Assembly (NCBI GenBank): GCA_963663225.1
Contig: OY760142.1
Span: 2,368,001-2,432,000 of the forward strand
From: Nitrospirota bacterium
GTDB lineage: Bacteria > Nitrospirota > UBA9217
Reading direction: 5' to 3'
Length of the DNA stretch: 64,000 bases
Below, piece after piece: positions 30,236 through 40,372 of the stretch (position 1 is the first letter of the stretch; every line of letters begins with the position of its first letter). Position numbers and translations under genes: made by a program. The notes beneath the pieces were generated by a model. The model had not been told where the DNA came from. It did no database searches and saw nothing but the letters and a program-made list of their open reading frames with translations.

Positions 30236-31635
30236 TACGACCTCCGCTTATCTACAACAAAAACACTCTTCGGAATCGTTTTTGCGTAGTCCTTCAGCTC
30301 GGCGGCAATTTCCGAAGCTTCCAGCGGATCGGAATAGGTCCGATGTTCATTCGTTACGATGGCGATGGAAATGGTCATGATCGGGAACTGCATTTCGATG
30401 CCCTGCCTTGTTTTCCCAAGAATATAGCCCCGCTTTTGGTCCTCGGGCTCGTAGAACTTAGGAATTCTGTTGTCGAATCTGCTGATGATTTCTCCTGCTA
30501 CTTCACGCATGACATCAGGTATTGTGATGACCACGAAATCGTCGCCTCCCACATGACCGATGAAGTCGTCGGAGGTCCCTTTTGCCTTTACCGAGGTTTC
30601 TATCAATCTTGCCGTTTCTTTTATTACTTCACTTCCGTTTGCATAGCCGTATCTATCATTGAATGCTTTAAAGTTGTCGAGATCAAGGACACAGAATGCG
30701 AGTGGCTGGCCTGATTCTATGCGTTTCTTAAGTACGTTTTCTATGGCAATGCCACCGGGAAGCCTGGTGAGCGGACTGGCATCCAGATACATTTCTTCAA
30801 GTTTCCGGAGCCGCTTCCCCATGGCAAGGAAAGCTTCCGAGAGGCTTCCGATTTCATCTTTCGTTTTTATCTTCGGATCGTAGTCAAAATCGCCCTCTGC
30901 GACATGCACGGTTGCCTCTTTTAGTTTATGAATGGACGAGGAAATATGGTGGGTCACTACAAACCCGGCCAGTGCGCCCGCAATAATGCTGAAGAGGCAG
31001 AGACCTGCTGTCGTAAGAAAGGCGGTATTGCCGATCGCCTGTATCTGCTTCATTTTTTCATCCTGTTCTGTGCGCGCAGCAGCAGACAGCATGCGTAGAT
31101 TGTCGAGGAGCTTTTCCAGCACCGTTTTCAATTCATGGTTAGATATTGCATTTGCCTCTTCAATCTTCTTCTTTCGAAGCAATTCCATTTCTTGTGAGAA
31201 AAGCTGGGTATATCGTTTGTGGAGTTTATCGATAATATCGAGTGCAGTAGCATCTGCGTCGGGATTTTTTTTAAGTGTGGCGAGCTGGGCGCTGAATTCC
31301 GCCCCCCTTTTTTCGAACAGGGAGCGGATATCCTTGCTTTTCAATATCAGATAACGCTTTTCGTACGTATCTTGGGCAAGTAGGGTATCGAGCATCTGGT
31401 CGGATGTTTCACTGATCATAATATCAACCTTGACGATGCTTCTGTTCAAACTGTTGATTCGTTCAAGGTTCACGAGAGCATATACGACGACAAAAACAGT
31501 CAGCGCCACGAGAGTCATATAACCCAAGAGCATTTTATTCGCGATATTGAGCCGGGCAAAAAGCCGTGAGGGGACAAGTTTATCCAGGATTTTTGGTGGA
31601 ATGGGTATATTTATTTTTTTCGGAAACAAACGCAC
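30235..31635 (-). CDS. Membrane diguanylate cyclase (periplasmic helical sensor, HAMP, GGDEF)
   Basis: Two TM segments, HAMP DEIG.L, PLTRLP, DLDNFKAFNDRYG, active-site GGDDF. Confidence 0.88.
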   Translation of the reverse strand: MRLFPKKINIPIPPKILDKLVPSRLFARLNIANKMLLGYMTLVALTVFVVVYALVNLERINSLNRSIVKVDIMISETSDQMLDTLLAQDTYEKRYLILKSKDIRSLFEKRGAEFSAQLATLKKNPDADATALDIIDKLHKRYTQLFSQEMELLRKKKIEEANAISNHELKTVLEKLLDNLRMLSAAARTEQDEKMKQIQAIGNTAFLTTAGLCLFSIIAGALAGFVVTHHISSSIHKLKEATVHVAEGDFDYDPKIKTKDEIGSLSEAFLAMGKRLRKLEEMYLDASPLTRLPGGIAIENVLKKRIESGQPLAFCVLDLDNFKAFNDRYGYANGSEVIKETARLIETSVKAKGTSDDFIGHVGGDDFVVITIPDVMREVAGEIISRFDNRIPKFYEPEDQKRGYILGKTRQGIEMQFPIMTISIAIVTNEHRTYSDPLEASEIAAELKDYAKTIPKSVFVVDKRRS

Positions 31636-31666
31636 GGATCAAGAGTAACAAACATTTATAGCGTTG

Positions 31667-33694
31667 TCAATTATTTAGTGTGCTTGTGCCTGAAGTCTGC
31701 GGAGCCTCATCCCGTGGCTGCTGCTCTTCATCGTCAGCCGCTCGTTCTTCACAATATTTTCTTGGTTCCGTGCCGGGCAGAAATGCTTCACGGATGGAAG
31801 ATTTGCAGCTGTCAGTGCATAGGAGCCCTGTTTTAGGTTCCACTTGCTTAAAGATGATGCCTTCAGGCACCGGAAAATCTTCCGGCTGGCGTCCGGCCTG
31901 AGTTTTTTTCATGAATTCAAGCCAGAGGGGAAGCGCAGCGCGTGCACCGGTTTCCTTCGATCCGATGCTCGAATGATCATCATAGCCTACCCAAACGCCT
32001 GCAGCAAGGCTCGGTGTGTAGCCGATGAACCAGGCATCACGATAATCGTTTGTTGTTCCGGTTTTTCCTGCGGCAGGTGTGCCGAGTTCGCGGGCCTGCC
32101 ATCCGGTTCCCCGGGTGATGACGCCCTTAAGCAGGCTTGTCATCAGGTACGCTGTTTCCGGACTGATGACCTGTGCGGGCAATGCGTCATTAATGTAAAG
32201 TACTCTGCCGGTGTTATCGCTGATGGTAAGGATGGAAACCGGGCCAATCCTGATTCCGTGGTTGGCAAATACAGTATACGCGGATGTGAGTTCCAGCAGT
32301 GTTACGTCCGAGCTTCCGAGCGCCAGGGAAAGGTAGGGGGCCAGTGTGCTCGTAATGCCGATTTTCTGCGCATATTGAATGGTTTCATCAACGCCGATTT
32401 TTTCAAGCAGCCTGACTGTGGGGATATTCAAAGACTGGCTGATCGCCCTGCTCAAAGTAACCGGTCCCTGGTACGTCCGGGTGAAATTTTCCGGCGTCCA
32501 GCTTTTTTTCCGGTCTATTTTAATGGTAAGTGGAGCGTCATCAAGAATATCGGAAGCGCCAAACCCCCGGTTCACGGCGGCTGCAAAAATTACCGGTTTA
32601 AATGCTGAGCCGGGCTGACGAAGGGCCTGTACTGAACGGTTAAACTGGCTCTGCGCATAATCGCGGCCGCCTACCATGGCCCGGATGCGGCCAGTCAACG
32701 GCTCGATGGCTATTAGTGCCGCCTGCAGGGGCGCTTTCGACGGTTTTCTGAGACGGCTTTCGATTTTCCGGAGACCGCTTGCCACGGCATCTTCGGCATA
32801 TTTCTGCAGCTCATCATTTATGGTTGTGTAGATATTAAGGCCGCCGGTATACAGAATGCTTGATCCGAATCGTTCTTCGACCCGTTGTCTGATGTATTCC
32901 ACAAAATAAGGTGCGGGACCTCCGGATTTGACCGGTGTCTGTATCGGGGTCGGAGTTCTCTTTGCTTCTTCCGCTTCCATTTTGGTAATAGCCCCGGTTG
33001 CAACCATGCGGTTCAGGACATAGGTGCGCCGGCTCAGTGCACTTGCCGGTGATTTGAATGGAGAATAGTGCTTCGGTGAACGGGGCAGACCGGCAAGAAG
33101 CGCGCATTCTTCGAGGGTGAGTTCTCTGGCTGATTTTCCGAAATAGACCTGGGCTGCGGCCTCAATACCATAGGCTCCGCTGCCGAAGTATATCTGATTC
33201 AGATATAATGAAAGAATTTCGCGCTTGGTGTATCGCTGCTCGATTCTGAGCGCGAGGGCCATTTCTTTCAGCTTTCGCGTATAACTTCGTTCGGGAGTGA
33301 GAAAAAGGACTTTTGCAAGTTGCTGGGTGAGGGTGCTTCCTCCTTCCAGCACTTTTCCTGCGCGAATATTTCTGAACATGGCTCGTGTCATGCCCCGAAA
33401 ATCCAGCCCATGATGGCTGTAAAACCGTGCATCTTCCGTCGCGATGAGTGCTTTTATCAGCATATCAGGCACGTTTTCCAGCAAGACAGGTGTCCGGTTT
33501 TCGAGAAAAAATTCCGCCAGCAGTTTATTGTTATCAGAGTAGACCCGCGAGGTGATGCTCGGTTTATATTCTTCAAGCGCCTGTACTTCAGGAAGGTCCC
33601 ACACAGAGAAGATCGCGAAGCCGGTTGCCCCACCGATAAGGATCGCCGTGAGTGCCAGAACGAGGTACAGGAGCAGGGATTTTCTTGTTCTCAT
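31667..33694 (-). CDS. mrcA: Class A penicillin-binding protein (PBP1A family)
   Basis: EDARF, GGSTLTQQLAK, RKLKE, YLNQIYFG; transpeptidase motifs SAFK, SLN, KTG. Confidence 0.88.
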   Translation of the reverse strand: MRTRKSLLLYLVLALTAILIGGATGFAIFSVWDLPEVQALEEYKPSITSRVYSDNNKLLAEFFLENRTPVLLENVPDMLIKALIATEDARFYSHHGLDFRGMTRAMFRNIRAGKVLEGGSTLTQQLAKVLFLTPERSYTRKLKEMALALRIEQRYTKREILSLYLNQIYFGSGAYGIEAAAQVYFGKSARELTLEECALLAGLPRSPKHYSPFKSPASALSRRTYVLNRMVATGAITKMEAEEAKRTPTPIQTPVKSGGPAPYFVEYIRQRVEERFGSSILYTGGLNIYTTINDELQKYAEDAVASGLRKIESRLRKPSKAPLQAALIAIEPLTGRIRAMVGGRDYAQSQFNRSVQALRQPGSAFKPVIFAAAVNRGFGASDILDDAPLTIKIDRKKSWTPENFTRTYQGPVTLSRAISQSLNIPTVRLLEKIGVDETIQYAQKIGITSTLAPYLSLALGSSDVTLLELTSAYTVFANHGIRIGPVSILTISDNTGRVLYINDALPAQVISPETAYLMTSLLKGVITRGTGWQARELGTPAAGKTGTTNDYRDAWFIGYTPSLAAGVWVGYDDHSSIGSKETGARAALPLWLEFMKKTQAGRQPEDFPVPEGIIFKQVEPKTGLLCTDSCKSSIREAFLPGTEPRKYCEERAADDEEQQPRDEAPQTSGTSTLNN

Positions 33695-33881
33695 ACTACG
33701 CATTATACATTCCGAAATTAGAAAAAGCAAAGCAAGAGAAAATCATCTGACGGTTTTTGACGAAATGTATTTGCGTACTGCGCGGTTTTTGCGCCTGTAA
33801 TGGTCGTTCTTGTATTGAGTTTTTATCCTCATGATGATATTATTTATGCATTGCTTTCAATTAACCGGCAAGGAGTTAGGC

Positions 33882-34412
33882 GTGCGCAAAGGGCTCATAA
33901 TTGTTTTTACAGGTGACGGCAAGGGAAAAACAAGTGCGGCTCTCGGCATTGCGCTTCGTGCTTTTGGCCATCATATGTCTGTATCCATAATTCAGTTTAT
34001 TAAAGAGTCAGCTGCGACGGGTGAGGGATTGGCGGCGGAACGACTCGGACCGGAGCTGGAATTTCGTTCGCAAGGACGGGGATTTGTGATCGGGACCGAT
34101 AATGACCACCTGCTGTCCCAACACCGCACGGCAGCGGAACAGGCACTTGAACTTGCACGCCAACGGATGCTTTCCGGTTCGTGCGATGTCCTTATTCTGG
34201 ATGAAATCAATAATGCCGTACACCTTGGTTTGATCGACATTAAAGCTCTGCTCGATTTCATCGAAAACAAACCTCCGAGACTCCATCTGGTTTTGACCGG
34301 TCGCGATGCCCATCCTGACCTCATCTCGGCAGCGGACATGGTGACGGAAATGCGGTCAGTTAAACACCCCTTTCATTCAGGAATACCGGCTCAAAAAGGA
34401 ATAGACTATTAA
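33882..34412 (+). CDS. cobO: Cob(I)yrinic acid a,c-diamide adenosyltransferase
   Basis: TGDGKGKTSAALG, QFIK, LDEI, LTGR, KHPF, GIDY; AGGAG before GTG. Confidence 0.9.
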   Translation: MRKGLIIVFTGDGKGKTSAALGIALRAFGHHMSVSIIQFIKESAATGEGLAAERLGPELEFRSQGRGFVIGTDNDHLLSQHRTAAEQALELARQRMLSGSCDVLILDEINNAVHLGLIDIKALLDFIENKPPRLHLVLTGRDAHPDLISAADMVTEMRSVKHPFHSGIPAQKGIDY

Positions 34413-34456
34413 AAGTCAAATTGACTTTGATTTTTCTAAGTGCTACTATTTTCTTA

Positions 34457-35422
34457 ATGAAGACGAATGTGGCAACGGTAACCATCGAAAATGAGCATCA
34501 TCTCCCGGTTCTGTACGGCGATATGGACGCCAATCTCAGGCTGATAGAGAACTCCTTTGGAGTGGTCCTGAATGCCAGAGGGAACAGGATTCAGATTGAA
34601 GGGGAAGAAAAGGTTGTTGAAAAAGTAGAACATCTTATCAGACAACTTGCAGACCTGTTGACGCAGGGCGTTATCACCCAGAAAGACGATGTGAACACCG
34701 CGATCCTCGCTTTTTCCAATCAATCATCCGCAGGTTTAAAAGAACTTTTTCAAAAAACAATACCGGTATCGGGCAGAAAACGGCCGGTTGTCCCTAAAAA
34801 CGAGGCCCAGCGCAAATACGTTGAAGCAATCAGGCAGCATGACATTGTTTTCGGCATAGGGCCGGCCGGAACGGGCAAAACCTATCTTGCCATGGCTACC
34901 GCAGTTTCCGCGTTGCTCCGGCGCGAGGTAAGCAGGATTATTTTGGTGCGTCCCGCCGTAGAAGCAGGCGAGAAACTCGGTTTTCTTCCCGGTGATCTCT
35001 ATGAAAAGGTCAATCCGTATTTGCGGCCGCTTTATGACGCGCTTTATGACATGATTGAGACGGAGAAAGCCAATAAGCTCATAGAGCGCGGCGACATAGA
35101 AATAGCTCCACTCGCGTTTATGCGCGGCCGCACCTTGAATGATTCTTTTATTATTCTGGATGAAGCGCAGAATACCACATCCGAGCAGATGAAAATGTTT
35201 CTCACCCGGCTCGGGTTCAACTCAAAAACAGTGGTGACCGGAGATATTACTCAAATTGACCTCCCGGCCGGCAGAAGCTCCGGACTTATCGAAGTCCAGG
35301 GAATCCTTGAAGGAATCAGCGGTATACGTTTTGTCTATTTTACCAACAGGGATGTCGTACGCCATAAACTGGTTCAACAGATTATCAAAGCGTACGAGCA
35401 ATATGAGGCAGTAGATGAATAG
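34457..35422 (+). CDS. phoH: PhoH-like ATPase (YbeZ)
   Basis: GPAGTGKTY, RPAVEAGEKLGFLPGD, MRGRTL, DEAQN. Confidence 0.93.
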   Translation: MKTNVATVTIENEHHLPVLYGDMDANLRLIENSFGVVLNARGNRIQIEGEEKVVEKVEHLIRQLADLLTQGVITQKDDVNTAILAFSNQSSAGLKELFQKTIPVSGRKRPVVPKNEAQRKYVEAIRQHDIVFGIGPAGTGKTYLAMATAVSALLRREVSRIILVRPAVEAGEKLGFLPGDLYEKVNPYLRPLYDALYDMIETEKANKLIERGDIEIAPLAFMRGRTLNDSFIILDEAQNTTSEQMKMFLTRLGFNSKTVVTGDITQIDLPAGRSSGLIEVQGILEGISGIRFVYFTNRDVVRHKLVQQIIKAYEQYEAVDE

Positions 35423-37202
35423 CAAAGATAAAACCCAGGTGAAGCTTTTGCCAAAGACGAAATCCCAGGAACAGGAGAAGGAAGAGTCTCCGGCATTGCC
35501 GCCGCGAAAAGTTTACAATATAGGCATCGGCCTCGTGACAGCGTTGCTGCTGGCGTTTGCCTTGCTGCCCAGAACGCCTCATCTGGAAAAAGGAGAAGTG
35601 GCGACCCGGGACATTACGGCGCCCTATACGCTGTACGTGGAGTTTCTGAGCCAGGATCAGACTCCGGTTTCCTTCAAAGTAAATAAAGGGGACCTCATTG
35701 TTGAATCCGGCCACCGGGTATCGGAACGGTCGGCACGGATTCTTGAGGAAATAGCACGCCGGGAGGGAATCGGCAATAGGCTTCATGCCTATGCAGGTCT
35801 TGTTGCGCTGATCCTTATTCTTTTTTATCTCTTCTACCGCGATATCAAGCGATATCGCGCCGCTCTCATTTCAGATGCAAGAAAAATGGCCCTGATAGCC
35901 TTTCTGCTGATCTTTACGCTCATCATGACACAGGCGTTCAGGTTTGTTTTTTCACTTCTAGCCGACAAACTCCAATTGGACATTACGACAATCGGTTTTG
36001 CACTGCCGGTCGCTGCGGGAGCAATGCTGACCAGCCTGCTGCTGGACTTTCACCTTGCCCTGGCTTTTTCCTTCGTGGTCAGCATCCTGCTCGGCATTGC
36101 GTTCCAGGGAGAGCCGTTTATCGGAATCTATTGCTTTCTCGGAAGCATTATAGCAGCACTCAAAGTAATCCGATGCAAGCGAAGAACGGCCTTGCTGAAG
36201 GCGGGAGCTTTTACGGCATTGGTCAATATTCTGGTTATTGTTTGCATTGACATCTACCACGGCGTTCTGATGACGCGTGGTGTCGACGACCTGATTGCGG
36301 GATTTCTCGGCGCTGTTATGGTGACGATGATCGTCTCAGTCACTTTGCCGTTTTTTGAGTCGGCGTTCGATATAGCAACCGATATCAAGCTGCTTGAACT
36401 TATGGATCCCAACCAGCCGCTGTTGAAGGAATTGGTTTTCAAAAGTCCGGGCACGTATCATCACAGTATTCTTATCGGAAATCTGGCTGAGTCGGCTGCT
36501 GAAGCGATTGGCGAAAATCCCATCCTCGCCCGTGTCGGCGCCTACTACCACGATATCGGGAAAATCCCCAAATCTGAATATTTTATCGAAAACCAACGCC
36601 CGGCAGAAAATAAACACGATAAACTAATGCCTTCCATGAGCAGTCTGATTATTGCTTCCCATGTCAAGGAGGGTGTGGAGCTTGCCCGCGCCCATCGTTT
36701 GCCATCATCGATCGTCGACATCATCCAGCAGCACCATGGTACGTCGTTGATTACCTATTTTTACCAGAAGGCAAAAGAGCTCCAGCCGTATGCTCTTATC
36801 TCCGAGGAAGAATACCGGTATCACGGACCGCGGCCCCGGACAAAGGTGGCGGCCATTGTGATGCTTTCAGACGCAGTGGAAGCAGCATCAAGAACCCTTG
36901 AAGAGCCGACGCCACAACGCATCCAGACGCTTACCAACAGCATTATCACCAGAATTTTCCTCGATGATCAGCTGAGTATGTGCGATCTTACCTTGAAAGA
37001 CCTCCGGGAAATATCCAAGAGCTTCAATTTTGTTCTCACTGGCATTTACCACCACCGTATTGATTATCCAGGCGTGGATTTTTTTGGAGAAAAAAAGCAA
37101 AGTGAACATCCTGATAAAAAGCAACCTGAAGAAAGAAAGCCCGCCAACAACAAGAATAAAGAAACAATTCAGGAGCCTGCTGCGGAACATAGGCCTGCCT
37201 GA
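35415..37202 (+). CDS. 7TM-HD (HDIG) phosphohydrolase, PgpH-like
   Basis: TM bundle, PGTYHHS, YYHDIGK, HHGT, DAVEAASR. Confidence 0.88.
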   Translation: MNSKDKTQVKLLPKTKSQEQEKEESPALPPRKVYNIGIGLVTALLLAFALLPRTPHLEKGEVATRDITAPYTLYVEFLSQDQTPVSFKVNKGDLIVESGHRVSERSARILEEIARREGIGNRLHAYAGLVALILILFYLFYRDIKRYRAALISDARKMALIAFLLIFTLIMTQAFRFVFSLLADKLQLDITTIGFALPVAAGAMLTSLLLDFHLALAFSFVVSILLGIAFQGEPFIGIYCFLGSIIAALKVIRCKRRTALLKAGAFTALVNILVIVCIDIYHGVLMTRGVDDLIAGFLGAVMVTMIVSVTLPFFESAFDIATDIKLLELMDPNQPLLKELVFKSPGTYHHSILIGNLAESAAEAIGENPILARVGAYYHDIGKIPKSEYFIENQRPAENKHDKLMPSMSSLIIASHVKEGVELARAHRLPSSIVDIIQQHHGTSLITYFYQKAKELQPYALISEEEYRYHGPRPRTKVAAIVMLSDAVEAASRTLEEPTPQRIQTLTNSIITRIFLDDQLSMCDLTLKDLREISKSFNFVLTGIYHHRIDYPGVDFFGEKKQSEHPDKKQPEERKPANNKNKETIQEPAAEHRPA

Positions 37203-37536
37203 TGCGGAACTGAGCATCCTGTTTGTCGGCGACAGGGCCATGCGGACGCTGAACCGGCGTTATCGTGCCAAGGACAAAACCACGGATGTCCTCTCCTTTT
37301 CTTTCAAGGAAGGGAAGTTCAATACGATCCGGACGGAAATGCTCGGAGATATTGTGATTTCCGTGCCCGCTGCCCGCCGGCAGGCAAAGGCTTTCGGACA
37401 GAGGGTCAGCGTGGAAATTCAGCGTTTGCTGGTGCACGGTCTGGTTCATCTCCTCGGCTATGACCATGAGCGCAGTGCACGGGAAGCCCGGCGCATGGAG
37501 CGGATGGAACAGCTGCTTCTGAAAAAACTCATATGA
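37102..37536 (+). CDS. ybeY: rRNA maturation endoribonuclease
   Basis: TDVLSF, LGDIVIS, HGLVHLLGYDH; GTG start overlaps the upstream gene by about 100 nt. Confidence 0.92.
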   Translation: MNILIKSNLKKESPPTTRIKKQFRSLLRNIGLPDAELSILFVGDRAMRTLNRRYRAKDKTTDVLSFSFKEGKFNTIRTEMLGDIVISVPAARRQAKAFGQRVSVEIQRLLVHGLVHLLGYDHERSAREARRMERMEQLLLKKLI

Positions 37537-38234
37537 AACCAAAAACCTGGTTCCAGAGCGTCAATCTCGCGATTGAGGGAATCATCTATGCCGTCAGGAC
37601 CCAGCGGCATATGCGCTATCATTTTTATGCCGCCTTGGCGACCCTGGTGCTCAGCTTGTTGCTGAGCATATCCCGGATTGAATTTATCCTGCTCTGCACG
37701 GCTATTGTGCTGGTGCTGGTGGCTGAAATGCTGAATACTGCCATTGAAGTCACCGTTGATATGATTTCGGAAGAATTCCATCCCATGGCCAAGATTGCCA
37801 AGGATATTGCCGCCGGCGTTGTCCTTATTGCATCGGTTGGCGCTCTGACACTCGCGTATCTTATTCTGTATCCGGCGCTTACAGCTGCCTTCGCGGGCGG
37901 CAACTGGCATGTGCGCAAAGTATCGAACGACCTGATTGCATTTTCCGCACTTTCCGTTGTTATTATTTTGGTTATTATCATCAAGGCCTTTTTGGGAAAA
38001 GGAGAACCGCTCAGAGGGGGAATGCCGAGCGGACACGCCGCCGTATCGTTTTCCATCTGGGTGGCTGCGTGCTATCTTACGCGCAGCATTCCCATTATTG
38101 TTCTTACGTGTCTGCTTGCCGTCATGGTAAGCTGGAGCAGATGGTCATCAGGCATCCACAAGCCGATTGAGGTAATTTTAGGCGCCCTGCTTGGTTCTGG
38201 GATAACCCTGCTCTTTTTTTGGTTGTTTGGCTGA
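37533..38234 (+). CDS. Diacylglycerol/undecaprenol kinase fused to a PAP2-like domain
   Basis: EMLNTAIE..VD and AKDIAAG; C-terminal GMPSGH and SR...GIH...EV..G. Confidence 0.85.
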   Translation: MKPKTWFQSVNLAIEGIIYAVRTQRHMRYHFYAALATLVLSLLLSISRIEFILLCTAIVLVLVAEMLNTAIEVTVDMISEEFHPMAKIAKDIAAGVVLIASVGALTLAYLILYPALTAAFAGGNWHVRKVSNDLIAFSALSVVIILVIIIKAFLGKGEPLRGGMPSGHAAVSFSIWVAACYLTRSIPIIVLTCLLAVMVSWSRWSSGIHKPIEVILGALLGSGITLLFFWLFG

Positions 38235-38275
38235 TATAACCGGCAGATTCTGAAACGTTATTTGTGGAGGTGTGT

Positions 38276-38629
38276 TTGATTAACCGTATTCTAGAGGATC
38301 TTCTTGCATCAGTAAACGGTGCCCAGGCCGTGATCTTTCTGGACGGCGATGGTGAAGCCATTGCCCAGGTTGGGGAGGCGGCCAGAGATATCAAACTGGC
38401 CGGTGCCTGGAAGGAAATACAGCTTGATCATATTAAGGAAATCGCAGAGCGCCTTAAACTCGGCAATGTGCAGGCAGTGCTGTTTTCGCTCGAAGAGGGG
38501 AATGAACTGATCGCCCCGATGTCAGGAGAGTACTGCCTCCTTCTTTTTTTGTCAGCATATGCAAACATTCAGTCCGCAATGGAAGAGCTCAAAAACGCAA
38601 TTGAACTTCTCAAGAAGGACATTGAATAA
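38276..38629 (+). CDS. Roadblock/LC7-like small protein
   Basis: About 117 aa, V.GA.AVIFLD.DG pattern; GGAGGTG before TTG. Confidence 0.6.
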   Translation: MINRILEDLLASVNGAQAVIFLDGDGEAIAQVGEAARDIKLAGAWKEIQLDHIKEIAERLKLGNVQAVLFSLEEGNELIAPMSGEYCLLLFLSAYANIQSAMEELKNAIELLKKDIE

Positions 38630-38640
38630 CAATGGCGGTT

Positions 38641-39600
38641 CTAGAGCTGATCAAACAGCCCTAATTTTCTGTATTTCTCGTATCGGAGTCGTACGAGCTC
38701 CTGAGCCGGAATATTTTTTATATCCATCAGGTTTCTGATGATGGCATCTTTCAGCAACTCTGCAGCTCTGCGCGGATCGCGGTGAGCGCCGCCAATGGGC
38801 TCCTCCACGACTTCGTCGATCACCTTCATTTGGAAAAGGTCCGGGGCGGTAATTTTCAGAAGTTCCGCCGCCTCACTGGCCTTGGAGCTGTTGTCCCACA
38901 GAATGGCTGCGCACCCCTCCGGTGATATGACGGAATAGGTGGCATGCTCCAGCATGAGCACGCGGTCAGCAACGCCCAGAGCAAGCGCGCCGCCGCTTCC
39001 CCCTTCACCAATCACCGCGGAGATAATAGGCACGGCAAGCGTCGACATCACTGCAAGATTTCGAGCAATGGATTCGCCCTGTCCCCGCTCTTCAGCACCG
39101 ATTCCCGGGGCAGCTCCCTGGGTATCGATGAAGGTTATGATCGGCCGGTTGAATCTTTCGGCAAACCGCATCAACCGCAGCGCCTTTCGGTAACCTTCAG
39201 GGTTTGCCTGGCCGAAATTGCGCATCACCCGTTCCTTGATCGTTCTGCCTTTCTGGTGGCCGATTATGACGACCGGCATGCCGTCCAGCTTCGCGATGCC
39301 GCAAACGATGGCAGGATCGTCCGCGAAGCCGCGGTCGCCGTGTATTTCTATAAAATCGGTAAGCATGGCCTCGATATAGTCAAGGGTATAGGGGCGGTTG
39401 GCGTGCCGTGAAATCTGCACTTTCTGCCAGGGAGTGAGGCGCGAATAGATTTCAGTCAGCAGCTGGTCGGATTTTTTCTGAAGCTTGAGAATTTCTTCTT
39501 CGAGGTCAATGCCGCCATTGGAGGTGAAAAGGGTCAGCTCTTCGATTTTTTTCTCCAATTCAGCAATCGGTTTTTCAAAATCCAGATATTCCTGCGGCAA
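38641..39600 (-). CDS. accA: Acetyl-CoA carboxylase carboxyltransferase alpha subunit
   Basis: [38 protein letters not shown]. Confidence 0.96.
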   Translation of the reverse strand: MPQEYLDFEKPIAELEKKIEELTLFTSNGGIDLEEEILKLQKKSDQLLTEIYSRLTPWQKVQISRHANRPYTLDYIEAMLTDFIEIHGDRGFADDPAIVCGIAKLDGMPVVIIGHQKGRTIKERVMRNFGQANPEGYRKALRLMRFAERFNRPIITFIDTQGAAPGIGAEERGQGESIARNLAVMSTLAVPIISAVIGEGGSGGALALGVADRVLMLEHATYSVISPEGCAAILWDNSSKASEAAELLKITAPDLFQMKVIDEVVEEPIGGAHRDPRRAAELLKDAIIRNLMDIKNIPAQELVRLRYEKYRKLGLFDQL

Positions 39601-39689
39601 AACAAGCTCCTCGCAACGTCAGAATTCTAAAACAGTGATGCCGCTCATAATGACGCGGCAGGGGACAAAAACAATTCAATTGTTTGTCT

Positions 39690-39769
39690 ATTATCGGATA
39701 TTAAACTATTCTTGTCAAGAATTAGTAGAAAAATTCGTTGTTGACAGGTAGCCTCGGTTTTGGTAGTAT
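39690..39769. promoter_or_regulatory. Divergent sigma70 promoters for accA (-) and rplI (+)
   Basis: Minus strand TTGACA-17-GATAAT (39718-39690); plus strand TTGACA-17-TAGTAT (39741-39769). Confidence 0.65.
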
Positions 39770-39808
39770 CGTCCATTCATACGCCGTTCGAAAGGAGCAG
39801 TCCCAGCA

Positions 39809-40255
39809 ATGCAGGTGATATTACGCGAAGATATTGAAAAATTAGGCAAGATCGGCGACCTCGTGAAGGTTGCAGATGGTTATGCCAGGAATTATCTGGT
39901 CCCGAAGAAAAAAGCAATTGAGGCGACACCGAAGAACCTGAATGCCATGAATCATGCAAAAAAGATGGTGTCGGACCGCATCCGCAAAATCAAAAAAGAA
40001 GCGACTGCTGAGGCGGATAAGATGAAGGGCCTCTCCGTCACCATTCGCGCCAAAGCGGGAGAAGAGGGAAAACTGTTTGGTTCCGTCACGTCCATGGATA
40101 TTGCAGAGGCCATGAAAGTACAGGGTATTGCCGTCGATAAACGGAAAGTTGTGCTCGATGAACCGATTAAACGGCTCGGCGATTTTACGGTGTCCATTAA
40201 ACTGCATACCGACATTACGGCAGACGTTAAAGTCTCGGTTATCGCAGAGGAGTAG
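39809..40255 (+). CDS. rplI: 50S ribosomal protein L9
   Basis: MQVIL...LG..GD.V.VADGYARNYL; GKLFGSVT. Confidence 0.97.
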   Translation: MQVILREDIEKLGKIGDLVKVADGYARNYLVPKKKAIEATPKNLNAMNHAKKMVSDRIRKIKKEATAEADKMKGLSVTIRAKAGEEGKLFGSVTSMDIAEAMKVQGIAVDKRKVVLDEPIKRLGDFTVSIKLHTDITADVKVSVIAEE

Positions 40256-40312
40256 AGCCCGGCCCGCTTCTCAGATGATATTTCGTTTCCTTCAGAAAAC
40301 AACAACCCTATC

Positions 40313-40346
40313 AGGCTGGTGCGTGCACCAGCCTTAGTTTTTTATT
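40313..40346 (+). terminator. Intrinsic terminator between rplI and dnaB
   Basis: AGGCTGGTG-CGTG-CACCAGCCT followed by TAGTTTTTTATTT. Confidence 0.7.
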
Positions 40347-40372
40347 TCTCTGGTAAAAGTCCGAGGTTGCCC

